Of a stretch of 34,747 nt of DNA, positions 16,801-26,256 are shown one piece after another. Every line of letters begins with the position of its first letter. Position 1 is the first letter of the stretch. Position numbers and translations under genes: made by a program. The DNA lies in IMG/VR virus record IMGVR_UViG_3300032253_000251, positions 1 to 34,747 of that record; one strand, written 5' to 3'. Origin of the DNA: a virus (lineage: Duplodnaviria > Caudoviricetes). Under the pieces are notes generated by a model. The model ran no database searches and was not told the origin of the DNA. It saw nothing but the letters and a program-made list of their open reading frames with translations.

Positions 16801-17793
16801 ATGGCGACTATATCCAGCAACAACCCGACCTTAGCCGACGTGGCAAAAACACGGGATCCCGATGGCACGATTGCCGACATCGTGGAAATCATGAATCAGG
16901 AAAATGAAATCCTTGACGACATGACATTCATGCAAGGCAACTTGCCAACCGGTCACCGTTCAACGATCCGGTCAGGTATTCCGGTACCGACGTGGCGTAA
17001 ATTGTATGGTGGTGTTCAGCCGACCAAAGGCACCAACGTTCAAGTTACCGACAACTGCGGCATGTTAGAAGACTATGCCGAAGTCGACAAAGCCTTGGCT
17101 GATTTAAACGGCAATACGGCGGCTTTCCGCTTATCCGAAGACCGTGCCCACATCGAAGGCATGTCACAGGAATTTGCCGACACCGTTTTCCACGGTAACG
17201 AAGGCACTGAACCCGAAGCGTTTACAGGTTTGGCTCCGCGCTACAACGATTTGTCTGCTGAAAATGCGCTTAACATTGTTGACGGTGGGGGGGTAGGCTC
17301 CGACAACGCATCGATCTGGTTGGCCGTTTGGGGGCCATCCACCGTGTTTGGTATTTATCCAAAAGGATCAAACGCAGGTCTTCAACATACCGACAAAGGC
17401 CAAGTTACCATCGAAGATGCCGACGGCAGTGGTGGCCGCATGGAAGCTTACCGCACCCATTACCGGTGGGACGGTGGGTTAAGTTTGAAGGATTGGCGTT
17501 ATGTTGTGCGTATCGCCAACATCGATGTGTCCGATTTGAATACCCTCGCCAATACCAAAAATCTGGTAAATTGGATGATTGAAGCATCTGAACGTATTCC
17601 ATCGCTCGGCAAAGGCCGTCCTGTCTGGTACGTCAACCGCACCATTCGTGAAAAATTGCGGTTGGGTATCAATGAAAAAATTGCATCCAATATGTCATGG
17701 GAAACTGTGGCCGGTAAACGTGTCATGACGTTCGACGATATTCCCGTCAAACGGAGCGATGCATTGAAAAACACTGAAGCCCAAGTGACCTAA
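16801..17793 (+). CDS. Major capsid protein (BPP-1 Bbp17-like)
   Basis: PTLADVAK, NEILDDM, WRKLYGGVQP, FTGLAPRYN, LKDWRYVVRIANID; AGGAG SD. Confidence 0.93.
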   Translation: MATISSNNPTLADVAKTRDPDGTIADIVEIMNQENEILDDMTFMQGNLPTGHRSTIRSGIPVPTWRKLYGGVQPTKGTNVQVTDNCGMLEDYAEVDKALADLNGNTAAFRLSEDRAHIEGMSQEFADTVFHGNEGTEPEAFTGLAPRYNDLSAENALNIVDGGGVGSDNASIWLAVWGPSTVFGIYPKGSNAGLQHTDKGQVTIEDADGSGGRMEAYRTHYRWDGGLSLKDWRYVVRIANIDVSDLNTLANTKNLVNWMIEASERIPSLGKGRPVWYVNRTIREKLRLGINEKIASNMSWETVAGKRVMTFDDIPVKRSDALKNTEAQVT

Positions 17794-17835
17794 AAAATCA
17801 CCTGATCTGGTTTTAAAAAACAAGGAGTAAAAGTT

Positions 17836-18384
17836 ATGCGTAAATTATTTTTCTTAGGGGCCTTTGCCCTTGCAATTGGAATTCTTAATTTTGTTGGAGT
17901 TCCTGACCCTGCTAATGCGCAGGATATTATGCTCGCATCAACGGGTATCGGTCTTGCCGGTGCTGGTTTAGGCGGCATGATCATAGACAGCCGTCTTGAA
18001 TTTTCAGACGCCCAAGCGCTGACGGCGACGGCGGTATCAACAAATATTATTGATCTTTCGTCTGACCGGGATGTCGGCGTCGGTGAACCATTATGGCTGG
18101 TTATCAGTTGTGATGTTGCGTTAGCCGGTACCAGTCCAACATTAGATATTGATTTGCAAACGGATAGCGCGGCGGGGATGTCTTCGCCGACGGTAATCAT
18201 GTCAAGTGTTCAGAAAACGGCAATGGCCGCCGGTGATAAAATTGTTTTGGCCGTGCCCAATACCAACGAACAATTTTTGCGCGTTAATTACACCATTGGC
18301 GGCACCACACCGACGGTGACGTTGTCGGCGTGGTTGACATCCCAAGAACCTACAAGCTGGACTGCCCAGCCTGATGCCATTTAA
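17836..18384 (+). CDS. Capsid cement/decoration protein (Bbp16-like) with 47-aa hydrophobic N-terminal extension
   Basis: MIIDSRLEFSDAQALTATAVSTNIIDL...FLRVNYT domain begins at 17977; AAGGAG SD at 17836. Confidence 0.8.
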   Translation: MRKLFFLGAFALAIGILNFVGVPDPANAQDIMLASTGIGLAGAGLGGMIIDSRLEFSDAQALTATAVSTNIIDLSSDRDVGVGEPLWLVISCDVALAGTSPTLDIDLQTDSAAGMSSPTVIMSSVQKTAMAAGDKIVLAVPNTNEQFLRVNYTIGGTTPTVTLSAWLTSQEPTSWTAQPDAI

Positions 18385-18397
18385 GGAGGGCTGACAA

Positions 18398-18694
18398 ATG
18401 CCTATCAAAGTCAAAGCAACAAAGGCTGGTCTGTACGGCGGCAATCGCATCCGTGAAGGTCAGGAGTTTTTCATTTCCTCGGAAAAGCAACTGGGATCGT
18501 GGATGAAACGTTTGGATAAAGAGCCGGACGGCATGGCGCTGGGTGAGGCAATATCCCTGCTTGATCCTGAGGACGATGCTCATTGGACAAAAAGTGGACT
18601 GCCAAACATCAATGTTCTGATTGAGGCGGTAGGTAGCAAAGTTACTCGCGAAGACGTTGAGGAAGCAGCTCCCGGATTAGTGCGTTCTCATTAA
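18398..18694 (+). CDS. Hypothetical head-region protein
   Basis: AAGGAGG SD; GLYGGNRIREGQEF, LDPEDDAHWTKSGLP. Confidence 0.8.
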   Translation: MPIKVKATKAGLYGGNRIREGQEFFISSEKQLGSWMKRLDKEPDGMALGEAISLLDPEDDAHWTKSGLPNINVLIEAVGSKVTREDVEEAAPGLVRSH

Positions 18695-18701
18695 ACCAAC
18701 A

Positions 18702-18736
18702 GGCGGGGCTTTTAACCGGGCCTCGCCACCATTTTT
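18702..18736 (+). terminator. Possible weak terminator after the head genes
   Basis: GGCGGGGC...GCCTCGCC stem, then ACCATTTTT. Confidence 0.45.
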
Positions 18737-18751
18737 CAAAAAGGTTTCGTC

Positions 18752-19318
18752 ATGCTGTCAGATATCGATCTATCATCACGGGCACTGATTAAATTGGGGG
18801 CCAACCCGATTTCCAGCTTTGATGAAGACAGCGTCGAAGCCGAAGTTTCCAGCACATTGTATTCATCGACCCGGGACGCGTTGTTATCGGCTTACCCGTG
18901 GACATTTGCCTATGCGCAAGTAGCGCTGGCTAAATTAACCGTGACCCCGATTGCTGATTATTCATATGCTTATCAATTACCCGCAGATTTCCTACGCGCC
19001 GTTTCAATCGGCAGCGGCGAAGAAGGCCGGGGCATTGAATACCGCATTGCCGAACGCCGATTGCACAGCAACCAAGACGGCATCAACCTGACATATATTT
19101 TCCGGCCCGATGAAAGCGCGTGGCCACCATTTTTTGATCAAGTCATGATCACACGTTTGTCTGCTGAATTCTGTATTCCCATCACCGAAAGCACATCCAG
19201 AAATGATGTTTTGGCGCGTTTAGCCGATATTGAATTCGCCCGTGCTAAATCCATCGACAGTCAGCAAACCAGTCCGAGCCGGGTTGAAGGTTTTTCATTA
19301 ATCGATGTGAGGGCATAA
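18752..19318 (+). CDS. Tail tubular protein A / adaptor (T7 gp11-like)
   Basis: ALIKLGANPISSF, YPWTFA, YQLPADFLR. Confidence 0.88.
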   Translation: MLSDIDLSSRALIKLGANPISSFDEDSVEAEVSSTLYSSTRDALLSAYPWTFAYAQVALAKLTVTPIADYSYAYQLPADFLRAVSIGSGEEGRGIEYRIAERRLHSNQDGINLTYIFRPDESAWPPFFDQVMITRLSAEFCIPITESTSRNDVLARLADIEFARAKSIDSQQTSPSRVEGFSLIDVRA

Positions 19319-19321
19319 ATT

Positions 19322-21295
19322 ATGCCACAGCGCGTTCCCGTCCAGCAATTCAGTTTCACGGCAGGGCAGCTTGACGACAGTTTGGCAGCGCGGGCTGATA
19401 TCGACCGTTATTTTAAAGGCGGCCTTGAAATCACAAATTTTTTATTGCTGTCACATGGCGGATTAGAACGCCGTGGCGGATTAGAATACGTCGCCGAAAT
19501 TCCAACGGCGGCCACCGGTGTACGGTTAGCATCGTTCGAGTTTTCAACGGAACAGGCTTATTTGCATGTGTTCACCGATTTAAACATCGCTGTTTATATG
19601 AACGGCGTCAAACAGGCGGATATCACGACACCGTGGGCAGCGGCGGATTTAGACGCATTGGACTGGACGCAATCACTGGATACCATGTTGATTGCCCATG
19701 TTGATAATCAACAACAGAAACTGGTGCGGACCGGGTCACATACGTCGTGGGCGTTGACGGCCATTGCCCTGACCAATTTGCCGACATACAGATTTTCTGA
19801 TCCGACAACGAATACTGGCACGCCGTCGGCGGTAACGGGTGCCGGGATCACGTTTACAGCGGGCGGCAATGAATTCGCGTCCGGTGATGTCGGTAAATAC
19901 ATCCTTGGCAATCAAGGTAAAGCAATAATCACGGCTTATACCTCGGCCACAGTCGTTACAGTTACCGTTGAGCAAGATTTCAAAGACACCACAGCGATCG
20001 ATGGCGGTGACTGGACGTTAGAAGAAGCCGCATGGTCAACGGCCCGTGGCTGGCCGGGGTCAGTCGCATTATACCAAGGCCGGTCCTATTACGCAGGGGC
20101 TAAAGAATTATTACAAACATCGTGGGGGTCGCAGTCTGCTGGTGACTTGTTCAGTTTCAAAGACACATGGGAAGCTTTGGACGACGAAGCCGTATCGGCC
20201 ACATTAGAAGGCGAAAGCGTCAACGCGGTTAAGCGTGTGGTCGGATTGGATAGTTTATTCATGTTCACAACCGGCGGCGTGTTTGCCGTTACCGACAGCC
20301 CGGTTACGCCCGCAAAATACGTCCCTATCAAACAAACCGCCATTCCGTCCGCCGATATTCGCCCCGTCGAAATCGAAGACGCATTGGTATACATAGCCGC
20401 CGATGAAAGCGGCAAGGCCACCACATTGCATGAACTATCGGAAAACCCCGACAGTACAAAAACTCGGTACGTGGCACAAGATTTAAGCCTGATGAGTTCG
20501 AGCATATTGAATGCCCCCGTTGATATGGCAGCCCGCAAAGGCCGCCCGGATGCCACATCCGCATCCCACGTGTTTGTCGTCAACGGCGATGGCTCGGTTG
20601 GTGTCATGCATTCCAGACGCCGCGAACAAGTCCTCGGCTGGACCAAATGGCAAAGCCAAGGCAATGCGGGAACTGATAAAATTCTACGTGTCGCTGTCGT
20701 CGCTGGAACCGTTTATTTTCTGGTCGAGCGCACCATCAATTCGGTGGTCCGTTACTTTATTGAAAAACTAAATACAGCGGCATTTTTTGACAGTTCAGTT
20801 ATTCAGACAACCGGTACCGCCAAATCTGTTTGGACCGGGTTTAATCATTTGATTGGGGAAACGGTCAAAGTTTGGGCCGACGGTGCATTGCGTGATGATG
20901 CCGTGGTCGATGGGTCGGGTCAGGTGACGGTGACCGATGGCGGTGCAGCGTTGAATGTGTCGGCTATGGAAGCCGGGCTGCCGTTCAGTTGGGCTGCCGA
21001 AACCATGCCTTTAGAAGCCCAGATCAGCAAAGGCACCTTGGTCGGCGAAACCCATAAACTGGCGAAAGCAACGGTGCGCGTCAAAAACGGATACGATTTA
21101 ACAGTCAATGGTCGCAATCAATCATTTAGGTCGATGCGCGGCATGGTCACAGATGCATCATTATCGGCATTTTCGGGGCTTAAATCCGTGCGGTTTTTAG
21201 GTTGGAACAGAAAATCAGACCGCGCCATAACCGTTCGCATGACGGGCGAATTGCCGATCACAATTGAGTCCGCCACAGCGACAGTGGCACAGTAA
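19322..21295 (+). CDS. Tail tubular protein B / nozzle (T7 gp12-like)
   Basis: SFTAGQL, GGLERRGG, GWPGSVALYQGR, VLGWTKW; 657 aa beta-rich. Confidence 0.88.
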   Translation: MPQRVPVQQFSFTAGQLDDSLAARADIDRYFKGGLEITNFLLLSHGGLERRGGLEYVAEIPTAATGVRLASFEFSTEQAYLHVFTDLNIAVYMNGVKQADITTPWAAADLDALDWTQSLDTMLIAHVDNQQQKLVRTGSHTSWALTAIALTNLPTYRFSDPTTNTGTPSAVTGAGITFTAGGNEFASGDVGKYILGNQGKAIITAYTSATVVTVTVEQDFKDTTAIDGGDWTLEEAAWSTARGWPGSVALYQGRSYYAGAKELLQTSWGSQSAGDLFSFKDTWEALDDEAVSATLEGESVNAVKRVVGLDSLFMFTTGGVFAVTDSPVTPAKYVPIKQTAIPSADIRPVEIEDALVYIAADESGKATTLHELSENPDSTKTRYVAQDLSLMSSSILNAPVDMAARKGRPDATSASHVFVVNGDGSVGVMHSRRREQVLGWTKWQSQGNAGTDKILRVAVVAGTVYFLVERTINSVVRYFIEKLNTAAFFDSSVIQTTGTAKSVWTGFNHLIGETVKVWADGALRDDAVVDGSGQVTVTDGGAALNVSAMEAGLPFSWAAETMPLEAQISKGTLVGETHKLAKATVRVKNGYDLTVNGRNQSFRSMRGMVTDASLSAFSGLKSVRFLGWNRKSDRAITVRMTGELPITIESATATVAQ

Positions 21296-21308
21296 AGGGA
21301 TTAAAATC

Positions 21309-22067
21309 ATGGGCGGAAAAGCAAAAATTATTTTACCATTAATCGCGTTGGGTATTGGTGCGTTTGCTACAGGTGGTTTTGGTCTGGCTGGGGCAGGTGC
21401 AGCGAGTGGGGCCGCAGGAACGGCGGGTGCGACAGCGGCAACAGCAACAGCAACAGGCGTGGGTGCCGGTGCGAGCACAGGACTGTCCCTTGCCGGTGGT
21501 ATCGATGCGGCGGTTGCGGCTGCGGTTCCTTTAGGTGGGGTCGCAGAAACCGGGTTCTTTTCGACGCTGGCAAGCGAATTTAGTGCCATGTCTGGTCTGG
21601 AACAAGCGGGACTTGGTTTGCAGGGCCTAAGCGCCGTTGGTACCGGGGCGGGCGCGTTGATCAATTCCAACGCACAAAAAACGGCATTGGCCGCACAGGA
21701 AAGTGAAAAAAAACTATCACAAGCGGCTAGTCGTTTGGACATTGCTAATGCCGAACTCGACAGTCAAAAACGATTGCGCAAAACAATTTCAACGCAGACC
21801 AATTTCTTTGCCGCAACGGGTGTTAATGCGTCAACCGGATCGGCGAGCAGGGTGGCAGACGCCGCAACGGGCGAAGCCGGGCAAGAAATGGATTTATTAA
21901 AAACCCGCCGTGATTTACTGAACAAAGGGGCCACGAATGTCGGTGCATCATTCGCCATCCGTCGGCGCCAGGCTAGCTTGGCAAGCACCGGGGCTGGCAT
22001 TGGATCATTGCTTGATTTTGGTGGCGATGCATTTGTCGCATTGAACAAACGCCGGAGACTTGCATAA
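21309..22067 (+). CDS. Internal virion / ejection protein (gp14-like)
   Basis: Gly/Ala-rich hydrophobic N-half, FAATGVNASTGS motif; AAGGGA SD. Confidence 0.7.
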   Translation: MGGKAKIILPLIALGIGAFATGGFGLAGAGAASGAAGTAGATAATATATGVGAGASTGLSLAGGIDAAVAAAVPLGGVAETGFFSTLASEFSAMSGLEQAGLGLQGLSAVGTGAGALINSNAQKTALAAQESEKKLSQAASRLDIANAELDSQKRLRKTISTQTNFFAATGVNASTGSASRVADAATGEAGQEMDLLKTRRDLLNKGATNVGASFAIRRRQASLASTGAGIGSLLDFGGDAFVALNKRRRLA

Positions 22068-24212
22068 ATGGCATCTCATAAATCAAACCTGACATTTACA
22101 CGCCGTTTCACGCAAGTGGCCGGGGCGTTAAGCAACGGCACGTCATTGGCAAAGATCGGGGCGTCAAGCGGTGCGGTTCCAGCATTGTTCGAAGGCCTGA
22201 ACCGGGTCGGCAAATCGATTGTCGAAAGTGAGTTTCAGGAACGGAAAAAAGCTGTCCTTGAAGAAGCGGCACAAAACGGGGCGACCGAAGCCGAAAAAGC
22301 CATGCTTGAAAACCGTGAGGTGCAGTTACGTGATAACGAGACATTAGCGGCAGAGGCTTTTAACAAATCCGTACAGACGGCATATTTAACCCGGCTTGAT
22401 CTAAATGTGGACGCGGCTGGTCAGGATATTGCCAATCGCAACGCCGATGATCCGGAAGCGTTCGGCGCGGAATTCGATAAAAGTACACAAGCTTTAGTGC
22501 AGACGTTACCCGAAGAATGGCAAAATGCAGCGAAGCTGGAAATGCTCAAACGGCGCAATAAATGGATGTCGTCTATTTCCCGGAAGGCCTTAGAGAAAGA
22601 AGCCAGCCAGTCTAATGCGGACATAGGCACGGCCATGAATAGCTATAGTGTAACGTCTGCCCAACTCTGGCGTAACGGTGATATTCAAGGGGCGATGGAA
22701 CAGGACAAAAAATTCAAAGGTGCTCTTGATGCCCTGTCCAATTTATCTGCCCCGCAAAAAGCACAAGGATGGATCAAGTATCAAACAACGAGGCGAAGAC
22801 AGGCCACTCTTGGCGATTTCGACCGCGCTATGGTGCAGGGCCTTGATTATGCCGAGCAATATATCAAAGATTTCAAGGCTGATCAGAACGGTATCGCGGA
22901 CCCGGACGAGCGCGGCCGTCTGGCGAATGAAATGAAGAGCGGCTTGGCTAACCTGAAAACAGACCGCAGGGTGGCTGTAACTGAATTACGCAACGAGGCA
23001 TCCGTAGCTGTCGATGCGGTTACCAGCGGGCGGGATTTCGCCGGGATAGATAATCTTAAACAGCAAGCGCAAGCCCTTGGGGATGATGAGACCTTAACCG
23101 CACTGGACAGCGCGCAAAGCCTTTCTGACGGGGCGCAGGAATTCGCAAAATTCACGCCGCAAGAAATGCTGGATACCATTAATGAGCGTCGCAAATCCGT
23201 TAAGACAGACTTTGATAACAAACGGCTTGATGTATTCGAAAACATTTTCAAGAAAGCAATTAAGGGCTTGGATAATCAGCCGTTAAACTGGGTTGAACAA
23301 AACGGGGTCAGGGCATTGGTGCCCGTTGATTTTACCAATCCTGAAACCATGGCGCGGCGTGTTCAGGATGGAAACTGGATCCGTGAACGGTATGGTTTGA
23401 GCGAAACGCCTTTGCTGAAAACAAATGAAGCGGATCAATTAAAAGCTATTCTGGCAAAAGCACCGGCTGGTGAAAAAACGATTATTTTGGCGGCACTAAC
23501 CGCAGGGTTTAGTGAGCAAAATATTACCGATGTTTTGCAATCTGTATCCGCAAGCGATCCCGAGTTTGCCCATGCCGGAGTGATCGGGCTTGAAGACGGT
23601 GAAGCAGCCAAGACGATCATTGCCGGTCAGGAAATACGCAAACTTGAGCCGCAATATGCGCCCACTAATAATGTCACATATCGCACCCAATACCAGTTCG
23701 CTTTGCCGCCAAAAATCTTTAAGGGCTTTTCTCCTGATTTCACCAAAGGTATCGAGGAAACGGTGTTATCGGTTTATGCAAAATTATCCCGCGATGCAAA
23801 TGACACGACCAAAACCCCTGATGCTATACGGCTTAAAGAAGCTGTGCGTATCGCCACTGGGGGAATTGTTAAATATGACCGGGATGGCATTTTTTCGACC
23901 GATTATCAAACCATAGCCCCGGTGCGCGGCATGACCAGCGAACAGTTCACAGGCTTTCTTGACAGCTTATCGGATAAAGAAATCGGTGAGCCTTATTTGC
24001 CCGCGGCTGGAAAGCGGTCCGGAGGGCGGGTAACGGTGTCTGACATTCTCGAATACGGCACATTGATTACAGTGGGCCAAGGTCGATACGGCGTTGATAT
24101 TGGTGGGCAAATAGCTGTTAACAGGGATGGCAGCCCTTATTTTCTTGATCTTAAATCAATCCTTGAACATCAAGCAAGGTCGGCGCGGGTATCCCCGCCC
24201 ATTGCGGAGTAG
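22068..24212 (+). CDS. Internal virion / ejection protein (714 aa)
   Basis: Long helical protein in the ejection-gene position. Confidence 0.7.
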   Translation: MASHKSNLTFTRRFTQVAGALSNGTSLAKIGASSGAVPALFEGLNRVGKSIVESEFQERKKAVLEEAAQNGATEAEKAMLENREVQLRDNETLAAEAFNKSVQTAYLTRLDLNVDAAGQDIANRNADDPEAFGAEFDKSTQALVQTLPEEWQNAAKLEMLKRRNKWMSSISRKALEKEASQSNADIGTAMNSYSVTSAQLWRNGDIQGAMEQDKKFKGALDALSNLSAPQKAQGWIKYQTTRRRQATLGDFDRAMVQGLDYAEQYIKDFKADQNGIADPDERGRLANEMKSGLANLKTDRRVAVTELRNEASVAVDAVTSGRDFAGIDNLKQQAQALGDDETLTALDSAQSLSDGAQEFAKFTPQEMLDTINERRKSVKTDFDNKRLDVFENIFKKAIKGLDNQPLNWVEQNGVRALVPVDFTNPETMARRVQDGNWIRERYGLSETPLLKTNEADQLKAILAKAPAGEKTIILAALTAGFSEQNITDVLQSVSASDPEFAHAGVIGLEDGEAAKTIIAGQEIRKLEPQYAPTNNVTYRTQYQFALPPKIFKGFSPDFTKGIEETVLSVYAKLSRDANDTTKTPDAIRLKEAVRIATGGIVKYDRDGIFSTDYQTIAPVRGMTSEQFTGFLDSLSDKEIGEPYLPAAGKRSGGRVTVSDILEYGTLITVGQGRYGVDIGGQIAVNRDGSPYFLDLKSILEHQARSARVSPPIAE

Positions 24213-24217
24213 CAATC

Positions 24218-26254
24218 ATGCTTACATCAGATGCCGATACCGCCGACTTCACCAAAAAAGCCAACATCCAAGGGTTTACGCCAACCAAAGAGCGCGGCGT
24301 TAAAGATGCGTTTGATAGGATGCGGGAGGCGTTTTCATCAAAGCGGCTTGAGGATTTATCCGTTAGTCGCAGCAATGCATTAAGGGATCAATATTCAGGT
24401 TATATCGAACAGATCAAATCCGCGACCGGGGAACAGCTTGCCAACCCCGAAGGCATAGGGCGGGATAGTTTTGTTCCAAATCCTATCGATTTGATGGGCA
24501 ATGCATTTTCAAATATTTTGTTTAATAAAGATTGGGTGTTATCGCAACGAAGCAAATACGACGCGCGTATCGCCGCCTTTGAAGAACAGGTAACGGGCCT
24601 TAAAGAAAAATTCCCTGATTTGGAAGTCCGCAGCCGTGATGATTTCATGAAGTCCATCAGCGGCGAGGGCGCGGAACGACGTAATCGGTTAGGGCAAGGC
24701 GTCGACGTAGGCCAAGCTGGATTGGGCGGTTTCATAGGTGAAGTTGGGGCATTGGCAACAGACCCCGTTAATGTCGCTTCGATGATGTTCGGTGGTGCAG
24801 GTGCTGCCCGTTCCGGGGCAACAAGCCTTGTATCGAAGTTGGCACAAATCGGACGTACAGCGCGCACGGAAGCCTTTATTGGCATAGCGTCAGAGGCTGC
24901 GATCCAGCCACAGGTTTTTAATTTCAAAAAAGAAATAGGGAGCCCTTACAGCGTTGGTGATGCGGCAGAAAATATCCTTATGGCCGGAGTAGGCGGGGCA
25001 GCCCTTGGCGGGACAGCAGAGGTTGCCGGGTTTGGTTTTAGATCGTTGCTTGGCCGCTGGAGGAAAGCAAAGAAGTCTGGACAAGTTACCGATACGCCGG
25101 AAAGTAAGGCCGCCGAAGATGCGCTTCAGGATGCTGTTGATCAGGCGGAACAAAGCCCCTTTCCTGATGGTGTTGAATTCGAAGTGGCTCATGCACGGGC
25201 CATGGATGAAGCCACGGCCACCGCTGTTTATGGTACGGTCAACGAAGGACGCGTTATCGATGCGTTGAAGACCAGTCAGCGGGGAAAAATTAAAGCGCTT
25301 GTGGATGAGACATTAGCAAATCCTGCCGCCCGAAGCACGCGTCGGTTCCCGGATGGCGTAACTTATGCTCGGATTATGTCCGCGCGTGGTGAAGACCTTG
25401 CTGGCGTCGTCAAGCAAGACATAGGTGAAACTATAGATTTCTCTAACTCAATTCATCACCTGAATGAAGAAGGTGTGCGTCATGCCACCAATAACCATGC
25501 AGGAGATAAAATTCCGCTGCGGCCCGAAGATTTGGATATGGTTCCAGAAGTCACGCAAACAGGGGAAATCGTGAGTGCCAGAAAGACGGATAGAAAACTA
25601 CCGGGCATCCAGTACCGCAAACAAATCAATGGCAACTGGCTGCATGTCGTAGAGGAAGTACGGCGCGGAAAGGGTGGACAAACTCTTGTCATGAAAACAG
25701 CCTACTGGAAAGAAGGCAAAACAAAACCGGGACCAAAAGGCCCCGGCTCCTCGGCTCCCGTGCGGTCTACAACGCCCCGCGGAGCAAGTAGATCGAATCC
25801 GGTATTTGGCACCGATATCCCGGCTGACCCCTCGCCGCCCGTCGGCGGAATAAAGCGGAGAGATTTAGGGCGCGGGAACACCACTGGAGACAGTATAGCA
25901 CCAGCCAAAGGGTCCGTCAAAGCCGCCGAGGGAGTTGCGGGGACAGCCACAGAACAAGCTTTTACCCCGGACAGGGTTGATACCCCAAATCCTCGGGCGG
26001 CTCGGTTAAATACTGACGCCATAAAACGTGCTGCCGAAAGCGGGACGGAAAACCGCCAGTCCCGTGAAGCCATTATTGATCGGGATGCGCGGCGGCTGTT
26101 GGATGAAGACGACATTGCCGTTCCGGTACCGGGGCAATTCGACGAAGAAACGGGGCAAGCTGTTGTCCGGTCAGCAAGAGAACTTTTAGAGCAAGTGGAT
26201 GATGATGTTGAACTGGCAGACCTGATAAGGGTTTGCGGAACAGGGAGTGCGTGA
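24218..26254 (+). CDS. Internal virion / ejection protein carrying a PBECR-like (Barnase/EndoU/colicin E5-D/RelE fold) RNase domain
   Basis: DPVNVASMMFG and Gly-rich hydrophobic ejection segments; residues ~381-501 GVRHATNNH..PLRPEDL..VPEV..YRKQING..VVEEVRRG..LVMKTAY. Confidence 0.75.
   Translation: MLTSDADTADFTKKANIQGFTPTKERGVKDAFDRMREAFSSKRLEDLSVSRSNALRDQYSGYIEQIKSATGEQLANPEGIGRDSFVPNPIDLMGNAFSNILFNKDWVLSQRSKYDARIAAFEEQVTGLKEKFPDLEVRSRDDFMKSISGEGAERRNRLGQGVDVGQAGLGGFIGEVGALATDPVNVASMMFGGAGAARSGATSLVSKLAQIGRTARTEAFIGIASEAAIQPQVFNFKKEIGSPYSVGDAAENILMAGVGGAALGGTAEVAGFGFRSLLGRWRKAKKSGQVTDTPESKAAEDALQDAVDQAEQSPFPDGVEFEVAHARAMDEATATAVYGTVNEGRVIDALKTSQRGKIKALVDETLANPAARSTRRFPDGVTYARIMSARGEDLAGVVKQDIGETIDFSNSIHHLNEEGVRHATNNHAGDKIPLRPEDLDMVPEVTQTGEIVSARKTDRKLPGIQYRKQINGNWLHVVEEVRRGKGGQTLVMKTAYWKEGKTKPGPKGPGSSAPVRSTTPRGASRSNPVFGTDIPADPSPPVGGIKRRDLGRGNTTGDSIAPAKGSVKAAEGVAGTATEQAFTPDRVDTPNPRAARLNTDAIKRAAESGTENRQSREAIIDRDARRLLDEDDIAVPVPGQFDEETGQAVVRSARELLEQVDDDVELADLIRVCGTGSA
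25718..25746 (-). terminator. Intrinsic terminator of the antisense RNA
   Basis: CCGGGGCC-TTTT-GGTCCCGG followed by TTTTGTTTT. Confidence 0.7.
25718..25885 (-). ncRNA. Predicted ~170-nt structured antisense small RNA nested in the ejection/toxin gene
   Basis: Bounded by a consensus promoter and an intrinsic terminator; closing stem plus three internal hairpins. Confidence 0.55.
25892..25920 (-). promoter_or_regulatory. Intragenic antisense sigma70 promoter
   Basis: TTGACG-N17-TATACT with extended -10 TGn (5/6 and 5/6 consensus). Confidence 0.72.
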
Positions 26255-26256
26255 AT

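Noticed and set aside
25766-25815. tRNA gene (TTCGA/GATCGAATCC T-loop-like words, 7-nt loop)
   Set aside because: No canonical acceptor/D-arm spacing or U33; kept only as possible mimicry within the sRNA.
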